A DNA stretch of 63,413 bases from a virus (IMGVR_UViG_3300017767_000008:1-63413), one strand, 5' to 3'; counted from the stretch's first letter, positions 18,907-29,547 are shown. Program-made: numbers and translations. The notes: generated by a model from the sequence alone, not told the origin.

Positions 18907-21900
18907 ATGCAGACCGGCCAATCGCCAAATTTGACTAGCAAAGCACTAACCCTGACAGTACTATTTCTCGCTTCAGTAATGATCGGATTAGTTTCAGCAG
19001 AAGTTCCTGATGGAGATGGAACGACTGGAATCGACCGAAATCCAACACCATCTGAACAAGATGGCGTTTCAATTAGCAGGGATTATGACGGCCAAAACGT
19101 CATGTCAAAAGATACCCTTACAATCAATAATGGGTGGATGATGACTCAAGCCGGAACGAGTACAACTGGGGATAACACATATTCTAAAGATACAGGCGAA
19201 TGGACTGCAACCGGAGAAACCGTTGCTGGCGAAGGTCCTATGCAATACAACTCACATGATTCTGGAGTCCGACAAAGCAATCTTGATGTTCAAGTTGCTT
19301 CAATTGGCGGCTCTGGAGGCGGAGTCACCATCGACGTTACTGATGCTTCAGACGGTCTAGGTGGAGATTCAATCACAATGACTCTTCAGAACTGGTATGG
19401 TGCTATTGATCGCTCAACTGCACACGGAGTCGGAACTGGAGTAAAGGCCGCTGGACTTGACGGATGCCAAGGTGCATCAACTGTCAACGTGCAAATGTGC
19501 GGACTAAACCAGGGCGAAAACGGAATCGACGCTGGAATCCCAACTCAAGTAGCAATGATGCCAAATGAAGGAACTAACACCTTCAGCTACGGAATCATGG
19601 CTGGCGTGGAATCTGCTGCGCTCACCTTCGGAATTGATTATGAAACAACTCACTCATTCGATGTTTATGTCAACGGAGTTCACGAAGAAATCGGAAATAC
19701 AAAATCCGTTTCTGTACTCGATGACGTTGTATTGCGCTGCAAGGCTGTAGCACCTGCAACATCTTGTGATGAATCGGAAATTCAACTTGGAATGCCTTCA
19801 GCTTGGAAGTCAACTTCAATTGTGGCTCTTGGCGGGGATCCAGCAATCCTCGATGACAACTACAACGCAACAGTTCGACTTGCCGTTTTCAGCGACAACA
19901 TTGTAAAACTCACCTTTGGAACCGCTGCTGAACACCAATCAAACATCACTGCTCAAGATGGAGTCTTTTACGATCCATCAATTTCTTTCCTAAAGGATGA
20001 GCCAGGTGTCCGTATCGGACAAATTGAAGATGGCGGTGCATCATGGTGTGATTCTTGGTGGTTCTTGGCTAAGTGCGGAGATTCACTTTCATTCGACGGT
20101 GACTCATCTGACGGGATGGATGGGCTTATGCTACATTACAAGGTTCCAGTTGAAGCAATGATTTCTCAGGATGCTTGGGGCGGATATGACAAAGCACAAC
20201 TTGTACTCCATCATGGCAAGCAATCTGCAGAACAATGTTTCAATGGAGAAATCCAAACCTACGTTGTTCCTCCAAGTCAAATTAGCGAAGTTCGAACAAA
20301 GAAGAATTTGCTACAGTATGCGATCACTGGAGATTACTACTCCATGAGCGAACCAACTTCGGCTTATTCAACTGGTACAACTCGCGTTGGAACTTCAACT
20401 GCAGATTATTGCTTCGGCCCTGGTACGCAAGATGGTTCAACAACTGTTGACATTGGGCGAATCGCTCAAATGACCGGAACTTCACCTTACACTGAATACC
20501 AGAACGGATTCTATGACATTGATTCTCAAATGTATGAATTCTATGTCATTGTTTCAATCGAGGCAAGCACCGATCTAAACGCAAACGCTGACAACAAATT
20601 GGATGAGTTCGCAATTGACACCGGAGCAGATACAGGAAGTTCACAAGCAAGCAGCGCAGAGCCAGGATTGGTTTTGCAGAACACCGTTGCTCGAAACCCA
20701 CTACAGGATTTTGCACCGAATGAATACCGTTCAACAAGCACCACAAATCAAATCAACCCTGCATTCGGCAGTTCTTACGTCATGTATTACTCTGGAATTA
20801 CACCATCTGACAATGTTGTAGCTGGAACAAACTTGACTGCTCAAGGAAGCACGCCTTCAGATAACTGGGGCGGAATCTATTACGGAACTCAAAATGGCGA
20901 AATGGTTCGAAAGCCAACTAACGTTGCAGTTCATCTCCCAACCGGAGAAGCATTCAATGATTCAAACATTGGACTTGCTCAAACAAACACAACCGCACTT
21001 TCGACAATTGAATGTGGACTCGCTGCTCTTGGTGGATCGCCAGTTTCAGCAACAATTGAAATCTTTACCAGTGTTGACACAAGCGAATACTACGGATACG
21101 GAGTCAACGGTAGCAACTACCCAGCAACAGAACCAGTTTGGAAAGCATACGGCGCACTTACGACCAACTCTTCTCGATGGCTACAAGCCCCTCCAACTCA
21201 AGGACCGGCTTCATCATTTTGGGCTGTTGACAATTCAGAATCGAACACCGGAAGCGCTACAGTTTCATTCACTGGCGCTTTCTTGAACAGCGACAACTAC
21301 AAGGCAACTTGCACTTTCGTTTATCATTCTTCAGATATTGGCGCTAACAACGCAACCACGGTCACACTGACCAGTGATTACTTCTTCACTGCAGCATTCG
21401 ACGGGAACTACGTTGGTTCTGGTGGCTCAGATGTTTCAGAAGATGACGACGGATTCCTAGACGACTTCGAAGGATGGGATTACGTTATCATCGGAATTGC
21501 ATTGACTCTTATCGGACTTGGCTTGTATATGTGGAGCAGCGGAAGCGGCATCACATCTTGGTTCGATGACCGATTGGCAATGATGCTACTTGGTGTCGCA
21601 ATCCTCCATGCGTGGGTCGCAGCAATGTATGGCCCTGATGGAACGGGCGATCTAAGCGAAGACACGGCAATGGCTGTAGGAACGCTTGGATACCTAGTGA
21701 TGGCTCTTGCGGCTTTCCTATGGGGCAACGCAACAAGCAACCAGGGCGAGCGCAACTTCCGATTCGCTCTTGGCGGACTTTACTTGATTGTGATTGGAGT
21801 TCCAACTGCACTAACAGGTCTTCTAAACGTTGAATCCGAATTCCTTCAAGATGCAATGTGGACTTTCCCAGTTTATGAGGCGGTCGCAGGTCTTGGAGCA

Positions 21901-21960
21901 TTTATCGGAATCATCCTTCTTGGTTCAGCATCGGCGGGATTGTACCGCAGGGGAATGTGA
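18907..21960 (+). CDS. Large surface/spike-like protein A (signal peptide, Thr/Ser/Gly-rich ectodomain, multi-TM C-terminus)
   Basis: Start moved to ATG 18907; N-terminal hydrophobic signal, many NxT/S sequons and Cys residues, about 5 C-terminal TMs. Confidence 0.85.
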   Translation: MQTGQSPNLTSKALTLTVLFLASVMIGLVSAEVPDGDGTTGIDRNPTPSEQDGVSISRDYDGQNVMSKDTLTINNGWMMTQAGTSTTGDNTYSKDTGEWTATGETVAGEGPMQYNSHDSGVRQSNLDVQVASIGGSGGGVTIDVTDASDGLGGDSITMTLQNWYGAIDRSTAHGVGTGVKAAGLDGCQGASTVNVQMCGLNQGENGIDAGIPTQVAMMPNEGTNTFSYGIMAGVESAALTFGIDYETTHSFDVYVNGVHEEIGNTKSVSVLDDVVLRCKAVAPATSCDESEIQLGMPSAWKSTSIVALGGDPAILDDNYNATVRLAVFSDNIVKLTFGTAAEHQSNITAQDGVFYDPSISFLKDEPGVRIGQIEDGGASWCDSWWFLAKCGDSLSFDGDSSDGMDGLMLHYKVPVEAMISQDAWGGYDKAQLVLHHGKQSAEQCFNGEIQTYVVPPSQISEVRTKKNLLQYAITGDYYSMSEPTSAYSTGTTRVGTSTADYCFGPGTQDGSTTVDIGRIAQMTGTSPYTEYQNGFYDIDSQMYEFYVIVSIEASTDLNANADNKLDEFAIDTGADTGSSQASSAEPGLVLQNTVARNPLQDFAPNEYRSTSTTNQINPAFGSSYVMYYSGITPSDNVVAGTNLTAQGSTPSDNWGGIYYGTQNGEMVRKPTNVAVHLPTGEAFNDSNIGLAQTNTTALSTIECGLAALGGSPVSATIEIFTSVDTSEYYGYGVNGSNYPATEPVWKAYGALTTNSSRWLQAPPTQGPASSFWAVDNSESNTGSATVSFTGAFLNSDNYKATCTFVYHSSDIGANNATTVTLTSDYFFTAAFDGNYVGSGGSDVSEDDDGFLDDFEGWDYVIIGIALTLIGLGLYMWSSGSGITSWFDDRLAMMLLGVAILHAWVAAMYGPDGTGDLSEDTAMAVGTLGYLVMALAAFLWGNATSNQGERNFRFALGGLYLIVIGVPTALTGLLNVESEFLQDAMWTFPVYEAVAGLGAFIGIILLGSASAGLYRRGM

Positions 21961-21969
21961 GGTGATACT

Positions 21970-22536
21970 ATGGAATGGACTAATACAGATTACATTACAA
22001 TTGGAGTTTCAATCATCACGATCCTTGCCGGAATTTACATTCTAGGGCGACGTGAAGCAGATGGAGCATGGGGTCTTGGGCTATGGGATGCTCGAATCTT
22101 TGCAGCATTTTTGACTTTCTTTGGTCTTGGGTTGTTAGCAATGTGGTTCTCGAATCTTGGCGGACTGGTCGGTGACTATGAAGCAAGAATGTTCGAGGAT
22201 CAACCAGAAGTTCTTGAAACGATAGGATTCCTTGCAGGGCTATTCTTTACTATTGCAGCAATCTCAGCTTCAGTATTCGATAAAGAAGCACCTTTGCCTA
22301 ACTGGATGAGAAACCTTGTGGCCTTGCTAGGTCTTGGTGTTTTGTTTGCATCTGGATTGACAATTACGGTTCAAGCGTTTTACAACGCTGACTTCACTGG
22401 AGAATTCCTCGGAATAACCATGCCTTTGTTCCCAATGAATGAATTCCTTGCCTCTATCTGGACTGCTGGACTTCTTTCTCTATGCGGTGCTGCACTATTG
22501 GGCGTTGTTTCAAACGCTAGAGAAGCCGTCGAATGA
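21970..22536 (+). CDS. Five-TM membrane protein, paralog of the C-terminal membrane domain of 18907
   Basis: DYITIGVSI...WDARIFAAFL...FPMNE versus DYVIIGIAL...FDDRLAMMLL...FPVYE. Confidence 0.8.
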   Translation: MEWTNTDYITIGVSIITILAGIYILGRREADGAWGLGLWDARIFAAFLTFFGLGLLAMWFSNLGGLVGDYEARMFEDQPEVLETIGFLAGLFFTIAAISASVFDKEAPLPNWMRNLVALLGLGVLFASGLTITVQAFYNADFTGEFLGITMPLFPMNEFLASIWTAGLLSLCGAALLGVVSNAREAVE

Positions 22537-22549
22537 GGACGGTGGAATC

Positions 22550-23245
22550 ATGGATCTCGATGAACTTGAACTAATCAAGAACGTCTATGGATGGTTTTGC
22601 ATTGCACTTTTCGCCTTTTGGGGTGGAGAAATTCTTTTCAGAAACAAACCAGGAACAACTCAACGTCTGCTATCAATGGGTATTGTAGGATGGTCCGGAT
22701 ACATTTCTTTAGGCAGCGAAGCAGCAAGTATTGATTTCTTGCTTGATTGGATCATAACCGTTCCTTTGATTTTCCTTAGTTTGTCATACAAGGGAATCGG
22801 TGAAGGATGGAGATACAACACCTTGCTACTTGGTTTTGTTTCGATTGGAGCAATCCTATTAGCTGGAGATGATTTCGATTATCCTACACTATTGACACTT
22901 GTAGCAATCCTTTGGGTTTTGGTATTCATTCGCGGAATGATTGGAATTACAGGCCGAAGCGGTCTTTTGGTTCCTGGGGATGAAACGGATTTTTCGCGGT
23001 TCTCTATGTTCGAGAAAGCAACGTATGTCCTTTTGATTGCATACCCGCTACTATTCTTCTTGGCAGGTTCAACTGTCAATGATATGGATGCTTATGCCGG
23101 TTCAATGCTCGATGATTGGGGGATCCATTACTACACATACGCTACTATTCTGATTTTACTTTCTGTAGTATGCAAAATTGGTCTTTCAATTTATCATGTG
23201 ATGACTGACCCCGAAGGTGGCTTGACCGAACGTTCAACTTTTTGA
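22550..23245 (+). CDS. Divergent type-1-like microbial rhodopsin (7 TM)
   Basis: Start ATG 22550 gives 231 aa. Helix C DWIITVPLIFLS, helix F AYP, helix G LSVVCKIG with a retinal Lys candidate. Confidence 0.65.
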   Translation: MDLDELELIKNVYGWFCIALFAFWGGEILFRNKPGTTQRLLSMGIVGWSGYISLGSEAASIDFLLDWIITVPLIFLSLSYKGIGEGWRYNTLLLGFVSIGAILLAGDDFDYPTLLTLVAILWVLVFIRGMIGITGRSGLLVPGDETDFSRFSMFEKATYVLLIAYPLLFFLAGSTVNDMDAYAGSMLDDWGIHYYTYATILILLSVVCKIGLSIYHVMTDPEGGLTERSTF

Positions 23246-23255
23246 GGTGAACTTG

Positions 23256-23612
23256 ATGGCTTGGTGGAATCCGGTTATTGGGCGAAGAGGCCCTGGAGAA
23301 ACAGACCAAGTATTGTTTGATGCATGGTCATTTGTTCATTTTTTTTCGGGGCTGTTGTTGTGGAAATTAGGACTCGATGCTAACGTCGCAATAATGACGC
23401 TAATTGTTTTCGAACTTATTGAGAACTACGGAGGCGGGGTTATCGTTTTTAATTGGCTTGGGAGAAATTTTGGTTGGATCAAGATATTCGATGAACAAGC
23501 AGATTATCAGGGCGACTCGACCGGAAACATGGTGATGGATATACTCATTGGGGTTTCTGCCTATGCTCTTGCGTGGTTTGAAATTATCCCACTTGGGGCG
23601 ACTTTATTTTGA
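23256..23612 (+). CDS. DUF2585-like membrane protein (putative intramembrane metal site)
   Basis: FDAWSFVHFFSG...FELIEN...YQGDSTGNMVMD. Confidence 0.65.
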   Translation: MAWWNPVIGRRGPGETDQVLFDAWSFVHFFSGLLLWKLGLDANVAIMTLIVFELIENYGGGVIVFNWLGRNFGWIKIFDEQADYQGDSTGNMVMDILIGVSAYALAWFEIIPLGATLF

Positions 23613-23681
23613 CCCCAAAAAGTGCATATCGCTCATCTTCAACCGCTTTCTTGATAACCTAAACAGGAGGGTTCTGCTATT

Positions 23682-26600
23682 ATGAGCAGAGCTACAAGCA
23701 AAGCCAACCCAGCCAAGACAATTCTGATTATGTTTCTTCTATTGCTAGGAACGGCTTCAGCATCTTACAGTATTGATCAACAAAACCCTAATTCTTCAGA
23801 AGTGGGTTATGATGATGAATATTCAGATGGAAATTACACTTTCCGAGCAAATCCCAATACTAACGGCGAAAATTCATTCGGAGTAAATACGCATAGAGGC
23901 GCTTTGTCTTCAACAGGCGTACCAAATGCAGAAGGTATGGTTTTCGATGATTACAACTGGGGTCAAAACACAATTCAAACCTCGAATGGAATGGTGCAAG
24001 CAGACAACACATTCCACGCTAAGGGAAATGATTACCAAAGTGGTCACGGGGAAAATTCAATTTTGAATGTAACGATACCAGGAGGCGACCCTACTTCGGC
24101 ACAAATGATTCTCGAATGGAACGCTTATGATTACAACCCTGGGCTTTACGATCATGTAGGTGCAGACGTTCACGTTCAATTCGACGGAATGTACGACAAT
24201 CCAGTTATGCCAGCAACCCTCGGTCCATCGGCAACAGAAACCGAAACATTTCAAACCGGAATAGTTGCAGGTTGTAATCAACAAGCAGTTGACAACATCG
24301 ACAGTCAATGTTTTATGAATGGCTGGGAACTTGTTCTGCCATTGTGTGCTGATGCAAATTGCACCGGATCCACACACGACTCCAACTTGTATGTCGGAAA
24401 TGGTATTTACGACTTGTCAAGAGTCAATTGGGCTATTTCATCCGATTCAGTTGATACTCATTTGGTCTATACCATGGCTCCATTTAGCGGCGGAACCAAC
24501 GTCGAATTTGATTTGTTTGTCCGAGAAGGAGAAAACGAAGATTGGCAAGAAATGGTTGACGGTGACGCACGAACAAACACCAACGGTAAGTTCGAATACA
24601 GCATGGTTATGACTGGAGGCTCAAACAAGCACTACACGCATGAGTACGCGACTCCGATTTCAGGAATCACCCCTTCAGCTTCAGGATGCGACGATACCCC
24701 CTCAACACTAAACAAAACAACAGCAGAAACACCCGGCAACGCACATGAAGGCGGAGAATTCCATTGCGGAAAGTTGCCGACAACAACTTCAATCTGGTTC
24801 AAAGGTGAAAACATCATCTTCTCTGTATCAGTCGGAGATTTGTCTTTGGTTAATGCTACATCTTTGACTCATGTTCAATATGACCCTTCAGTTAATTTCC
24901 ATGACAACATGAACTCCGATTCCGGTCAAGTAAATGACGGAAATTGGAGAGTCGGTGTTGATCGTGACGGATGCGACGTGTATCAATACGCTTGCGGAAC
25001 TTCAGTTCAAAACGACCATTACGGGCAATACGAAATTGGCGACGGATGGTGTGGCGATAACTCAGTTGACTGGGATGAAGGGAACGCAGCGTGCAGGTTC
25101 TCCGGACTAACCACTTCCATCTTCGGACTTGGTAGCGACAACTGGGATGCTAACGCATGGAACACAGCAATGTCCGCAATGCCGGTCTTTGATACATCAA
25201 ATGACTTCGATGGCATGGTCATCGAAATGTCGATTGACAAATCAACATTCACTTCTCAAGGATCAACTGGTTGGTACGATATGGCACTTGAACTTGGTCT
25301 TCAAGCTCCAGCATACACCGATGGGGCATGGAGTCCTGGTGTGCTAGGCGACGGTGGATTCTTCGAGGCTTGCTACAACGGATACGTTGATGTTTATGTT
25401 TTGCCTGAAAACGTATGGGAATATTGGTATCAAGATGCCAAATTCGGATACAATTACTTCAATGATCCAAATAATTACGGCGACAAATATTACATCGAAG
25501 ACGATGATGATTGGCTTTCAGAAGATGAATTCTGGTATAACCCAGGAACAACTGCTGGAGCTGGCTCTAACGGAAATGGATACCAATACCCACATTCCGA
25601 AACAAGTTATGATTATCTTGATGGTGACTATTGGGCTCATCCTAATTGGCTTGGGGCGCAATCTAACCCTCAACTATTCTCAGCAGATATGAAGGTGAAT
25701 ATGTGGCATCAATCTCTTAACGACGAAGACGTGCCAATCTATGACGGCGACGTTGAACGCGGAATCACAAATACTGGCGTTTGGGATAAGCCGGGAACAT
25801 CGGGCCATCCAGATTCACCAGAATTTGTCGATTCAACTTTCCAACAAATCAATGATTTTTGGGATATTAACTTGTTTGACGATGACGATGTAGGGAATTC
25901 ATACCCTGCAGGTCTTTACGTTGCTTCTCAAGATTCAGCACTCAGTATTTTCCACGCAAACACAATCCAACTTGGAACAGCAACAAGTGATTTCTGCTAC
26001 GATCCAATCACCGGCAATGCTCTAAACAGAGTTGATTCAACAGGAGATGCAATCGAGCCAAACCAGCATATTGTTCAGGATTCGGTTTCTGGTGAAAGCG
26101 TTTTGAACATCGAAATTCCTTACACAGCACTTGTAGCTAATGCAGCAACTCGAACAAACCAGCAATTGCTTGACTCCGGATGGATTGATTCAATCACAGA
26201 TTCCACGGTCGGTATGACTATCCTAGTTGATGTTCGAGGCCGCGACGGTCCGAGCCAAGAAATCTGCTGGGGAGATTGGGCGACAGGAACCAATGAAATA
26301 AATGATATTTCAGCCTATGATGATGATTTTTGCCTTGACAAGAATGGCTTAGTGTGGCCGACTCCAGGGCATGACCGAAACAGTATTCCTTTCAGCGACT
26401 TTTCTGCAGACACGCCTTGCCTAAGCAATGAGCCACAATCCGGCCAGCAAGCAGGGCAGAACCCGGATCGTGCATTCTGGTGTGGATTGAACTTCGATAC
26501 TCCGTTTTCCGATTGGGAAAGCATTCGATTGAAGGCTACATCTGCCCCTTACGTTCCACCAGCCGATACAGACGGTGATGGAATCATTGACCAATTCGAT

Positions 26601-28307
26601 GACTGCCCGAACACTCCAATTGGCACTCAAGTTGGCGCAAATGGTTGTGCAATCAACGGCGGCGGCGGAACTGGAGGCGGAAACGGTGGCAACCAACAAG
26701 GCAGCGAATTCACAGATGATGAGGACAATGACGGTGTTGTTGACGCATGGGATCGCTGCGACGGAATAGGCGCTATTCCTTCTAACACAGGCGTTGGTGC
26801 TTCTGATTATACATGGTATCATCAAGCCGACCCAACTACAGGCGTGACCCCTATGCAAGCATGGGAAACTTCTCGAACTGTAGTAAATGCTGAAGGATGC
26901 CCTACGCCAAATTTCATTGACCCCGATCCAGAACCATGCAATTCTCCATCCACGCCTGACGTTGGACGTTATTCCTATGAAGACAATGATGGCGACGGTC
27001 AAAAAGATGAAGATTGGATTGACGGAATCGACAATGATGGCGACGGACTTATTGATGAAGATTGGATTGATGACTGTCCTTTCGATGGAGTTGATTTACG
27101 CTACGATGGTCTTTGGACAGGACACGTTCAAATCTCCCAAGAGTCAAGAGCAACAACTGGCGATTCTTGGACTGCCCATCCAGGTGATGCTGCAATCGCA
27201 GAACCGGGAACGGGAGTAGCTTCAGGAAATGCAAAGTACGTTATGAATGCAAGTAGCGAAAATTGGGATGCTATATTCGCTTCTGCACCGGGAGCAACAA
27301 AGGTCGAATCTGCGAATGGAATTCTTGTCAATGACGATCTCCTTAACCAAGAACGCTTTACTTGTTCTGCAACTCAATTCTCGAACTTAGAAATTCGAAT
27401 GTTCATGTATCTATGGGTTGAAGATGAAAACGGCACCGTTGATTCACCATACCCCGGCGAAAGCGGAACAAATGGAAAATGGGTTCCTTACGGATCTGCT
27501 CACTTCGACAATTCGATAGTCAGCGATAATTACGGATGGACTGATGTTAGTTCAAGAATGACTGACGTTGATGCTTCAACTTCACCTGGTACTGATGGCG
27601 ACGGAATTCTAGCAACTGATACTTCACTGGCAGTAGCAATGGGCGAAGGATACTACAAGATTTCTTGCGTTGCTACAATTCCTCATCAAATAGCAACTGG
27701 TCAACAAGTTGACGTGCAAGGTGAAGCATCGACAATCATCGTTGCTGTTGAACCATGCGGTGAAAACGAAACACGCGAAGGAGTCTTCGGGGCTTGTACT
27801 GTTGAAACAACAAGCGGAGGCGGTATTGGTGACGATGCTAGCGAATTCTGGGATGCACTAGTTGGTTCCGCAATCGCCATTGCGGTGTTGATCGCATTTG
27901 TCGCTATTTCAGCGGCTTTGTGGTATATCGACCGTAAAGAAGGAGCAGTTGGAGTTGCAGTAGCGGGTCTCGGAGTTGCAGTAGCATTCTTCGAATACAA
28001 CGTTGCAGTCGATAACCCCGATGTTTGGGGTACACTTTCACACTTGCTAATTGCAGGTGGAATCATAACTGGATTTTGGCCGTATGAAGGAGAACCTGGC
28101 AAAGTAGCCTTAGTATCTCTTCTAATCGGTGTTTGGGGTCTTATTCATCTAATTCAGCCTGAGAATCTTTTGGGTCTTGAAGAATATTATATCCCAGCCA
28201 TTACAGGTATTCCTGCAATTGTAGCTGTATTAGGCTTAGGATTAGGTCTATTTGCAGCAGCGGTTCAATTCCAAGTGGTTGATGATCCAACAGGAATTAT
28301 TGATTGA
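23682..28307 (+). CDS. Large surface/spike-like protein B (1541 aa) with TSP3-type Ca-binding repeats and a multi-TM C-terminus
   Basis: Signal peptide; DTDGDGIIDQFDDCPNT and DNDGDGLIDED repeats; C-terminal TMs; core shared with 18907. Confidence 0.88.
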   Translation: MSRATSKANPAKTILIMFLLLLGTASASYSIDQQNPNSSEVGYDDEYSDGNYTFRANPNTNGENSFGVNTHRGALSSTGVPNAEGMVFDDYNWGQNTIQTSNGMVQADNTFHAKGNDYQSGHGENSILNVTIPGGDPTSAQMILEWNAYDYNPGLYDHVGADVHVQFDGMYDNPVMPATLGPSATETETFQTGIVAGCNQQAVDNIDSQCFMNGWELVLPLCADANCTGSTHDSNLYVGNGIYDLSRVNWAISSDSVDTHLVYTMAPFSGGTNVEFDLFVREGENEDWQEMVDGDARTNTNGKFEYSMVMTGGSNKHYTHEYATPISGITPSASGCDDTPSTLNKTTAETPGNAHEGGEFHCGKLPTTTSIWFKGENIIFSVSVGDLSLVNATSLTHVQYDPSVNFHDNMNSDSGQVNDGNWRVGVDRDGCDVYQYACGTSVQNDHYGQYEIGDGWCGDNSVDWDEGNAACRFSGLTTSIFGLGSDNWDANAWNTAMSAMPVFDTSNDFDGMVIEMSIDKSTFTSQGSTGWYDMALELGLQAPAYTDGAWSPGVLGDGGFFEACYNGYVDVYVLPENVWEYWYQDAKFGYNYFNDPNNYGDKYYIEDDDDWLSEDEFWYNPGTTAGAGSNGNGYQYPHSETSYDYLDGDYWAHPNWLGAQSNPQLFSADMKVNMWHQSLNDEDVPIYDGDVERGITNTGVWDKPGTSGHPDSPEFVDSTFQQINDFWDINLFDDDDVGNSYPAGLYVASQDSALSIFHANTIQLGTATSDFCYDPITGNALNRVDSTGDAIEPNQHIVQDSVSGESVLNIEIPYTALVANAATRTNQQLLDSGWIDSITDSTVGMTILVDVRGRDGPSQEICWGDWATGTNEINDISAYDDDFCLDKNGLVWPTPGHDRNSIPFSDFSADTPCLSNEPQSGQQAGQNPDRAFWCGLNFDTPFSDWESIRLKATSAPYVPPADTDGDGIIDQFDDCPNTPIGTQVGANGCAINGGGGTGGGNGGNQQGSEFTDDEDNDGVVDAWDRCDGIGAIPSNTGVGASDYTWYHQADPTTGVTPMQAWETSRTVVNAEGCPTPNFIDPDPEPCNSPSTPDVGRYSYEDNDGDGQKDEDWIDGIDNDGDGLIDEDWIDDCPFDGVDLRYDGLWTGHVQISQESRATTGDSWTAHPGDAAIAEPGTGVASGNAKYVMNASSENWDAIFASAPGATKVESANGILVNDDLLNQERFTCSATQFSNLEIRMFMYLWVEDENGTVDSPYPGESGTNGKWVPYGSAHFDNSIVSDNYGWTDVSSRMTDVDASTSPGTDGDGILATDTSLAVAMGEGYYKISCVATIPHQIATGQQVDVQGEASTIIVAVEPCGENETREGVFGACTVETTSGGGIGDDASEFWDALVGSAIAIAVLIAFVAISAALWYIDRKEGAVGVAVAGLGVAVAFFEYNVAVDNPDVWGTLSHLLIAGGIITGFWPYEGEPGKVALVSLLIGVWGLIHLIQPENLLGLEEYYIPAITGIPAIVAVLGLGLGLFAAAVQFQVVDDPTGIID

Positions 28308-28648
28308 GGCGGTTTGATGTGTGGAACTTCAGACGTAAGCCAAAACAAAGGCCGATAGAAAGAAATTTCACAGGCGCTCCGCCACGAACGGGAAAATCAC
28401 GTATTAGCAGTCGAAAGACAGGAACGGCAACAAGGAGATTCAATAAAAGAACGTCAAAGTTGCGAAACTCTGGTTTCAAGATGGCTTCGAGCAAGCCTTT
28501 GAATCATCTTTCAGAGACAGAATTTAGAAAATTTGACAAGAAAATCCAAAGCGGCAAATACGAGGTTAGGACATTACTTTCGCCTCCAAAATGGAAAGGT
28601 GAAGCACCCCGAGAATGGGTCATGCTGAGGCGGAGGAAATCTAAATGA
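28304..28648 (+). CDS. Highly basic small protein, possibly with a degenerate tag module
   Basis: Arg/Lys-rich; GKYEVRTL...EWVML resembles the tag. Confidence 0.65.
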   Translation: MRRFDVWNFRRKPKQRPIERNFTGAPPRTGKSRISSRKTGTATRRFNKRTSKLRNSGFKMASSKPLNHLSETEFRKFDKKIQSGKYEVRTLLSPPKWKGEAPREWVMLRRRKSK

Positions 28649-29547
28649 AACCAATGCGACCAGTCGGCCCGAAGAAAGGATACCGTGTATTTGACGGCCA
28701 AGTATTCACTTTAGGATTCTTCAGAACCAGGGGAATTAAGAAACAAGAATTACCAGAGGCTCAGGCTAAATTACAGGCTCAAGCCATTCGAGAGCTTGGA
28801 GTAAATGCAAGAGTTGTGAAAGGCAAAGGATGGGCTGCTGTTTATGTTGCAGAAAAGAAGAAACGATCTAAACAGCCTAAACCATACAAGCCCCAAGTGA
28901 CCAAAAGTACAGGATTCGAAACGCGAAGGGAATGGAAAGTGAATGTTGATGGTCGGAATTTACCTTTGACACAAGGAAAGGCGAAGGTTTTGGAATCATG
29001 GAAATGGGACGTTATGGAACCAGTGACAAAAGAACAAGGAATTGTCAACAGAAAAAATGAATTGAAAAAGGGTATGTCAGTCCGATTTTGGGAAGATAAT
29101 GATTACTTCGAGAAAGAAGGTTTAGGTCAATTAAAAACTTCAGAAAGTTCCAGTCAAATACACGGGGGGGATTTCAAAGATGACTCTCAAATCACTAATA
29201 TTGAAGTGATCAATCTTCAATCACCAGAAGGCATAGAATTTTACCAAAATTTGACAGGCGGAGGATCACAAAAAAATCACCTTCAAGAATCTTTCAAAAA
29301 CTGGTTAAACAATGTTGGGAAAAGGCGTGAAAAGAAATGGAAAAACAACCCATTGTTAGAAGATTACTACGACTTCTTCATCAACGGAACTCGAAAGGAC
29401 CTTGATATATTTGTTATTTCTATTGACAATCAAAGGGCATTTTGGTCGCCATCTCAAGGTGATTTCGCCAAGCGAATGACTAAGGCAACTGAAGAGTTCA
29501 AAGGTTGGAATCGTTTCACAAGTGATGGGAGGGGCAAAAGAGCATGA
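28645..29547 (+). CDS. Tag-module protein of unknown function
   Basis: N-terminal YRVFDGQVF...AQAIRELGVNARVVKGKGWAAVY. Confidence 0.8.
   Translation: MKPMRPVGPKKGYRVFDGQVFTLGFFRTRGIKKQELPEAQAKLQAQAIRELGVNARVVKGKGWAAVYVAEKKKRSKQPKPYKPQVTKSTGFETRREWKVNVDGRNLPLTQGKAKVLESWKWDVMEPVTKEQGIVNRKNELKKGMSVRFWEDNDYFEKEGLGQLKTSESSSQIHGGDFKDDSQITNIEVINLQSPEGIEFYQNLTGGGSQKNHLQESFKNWLNNVGKRREKKWKNNPLLEDYYDFFINGTRKDLDIFVISIDNQRAFWSPSQGDFAKRMTKATEEFKGWNRFTSDGRGKRA

Noticed and set aside
26421-27002. 193-aa minus-strand ORF, and similar nested antisense ORFs throughout
   Set aside because: They lie wholly within long plus-strand genes and have no motifs or SD.
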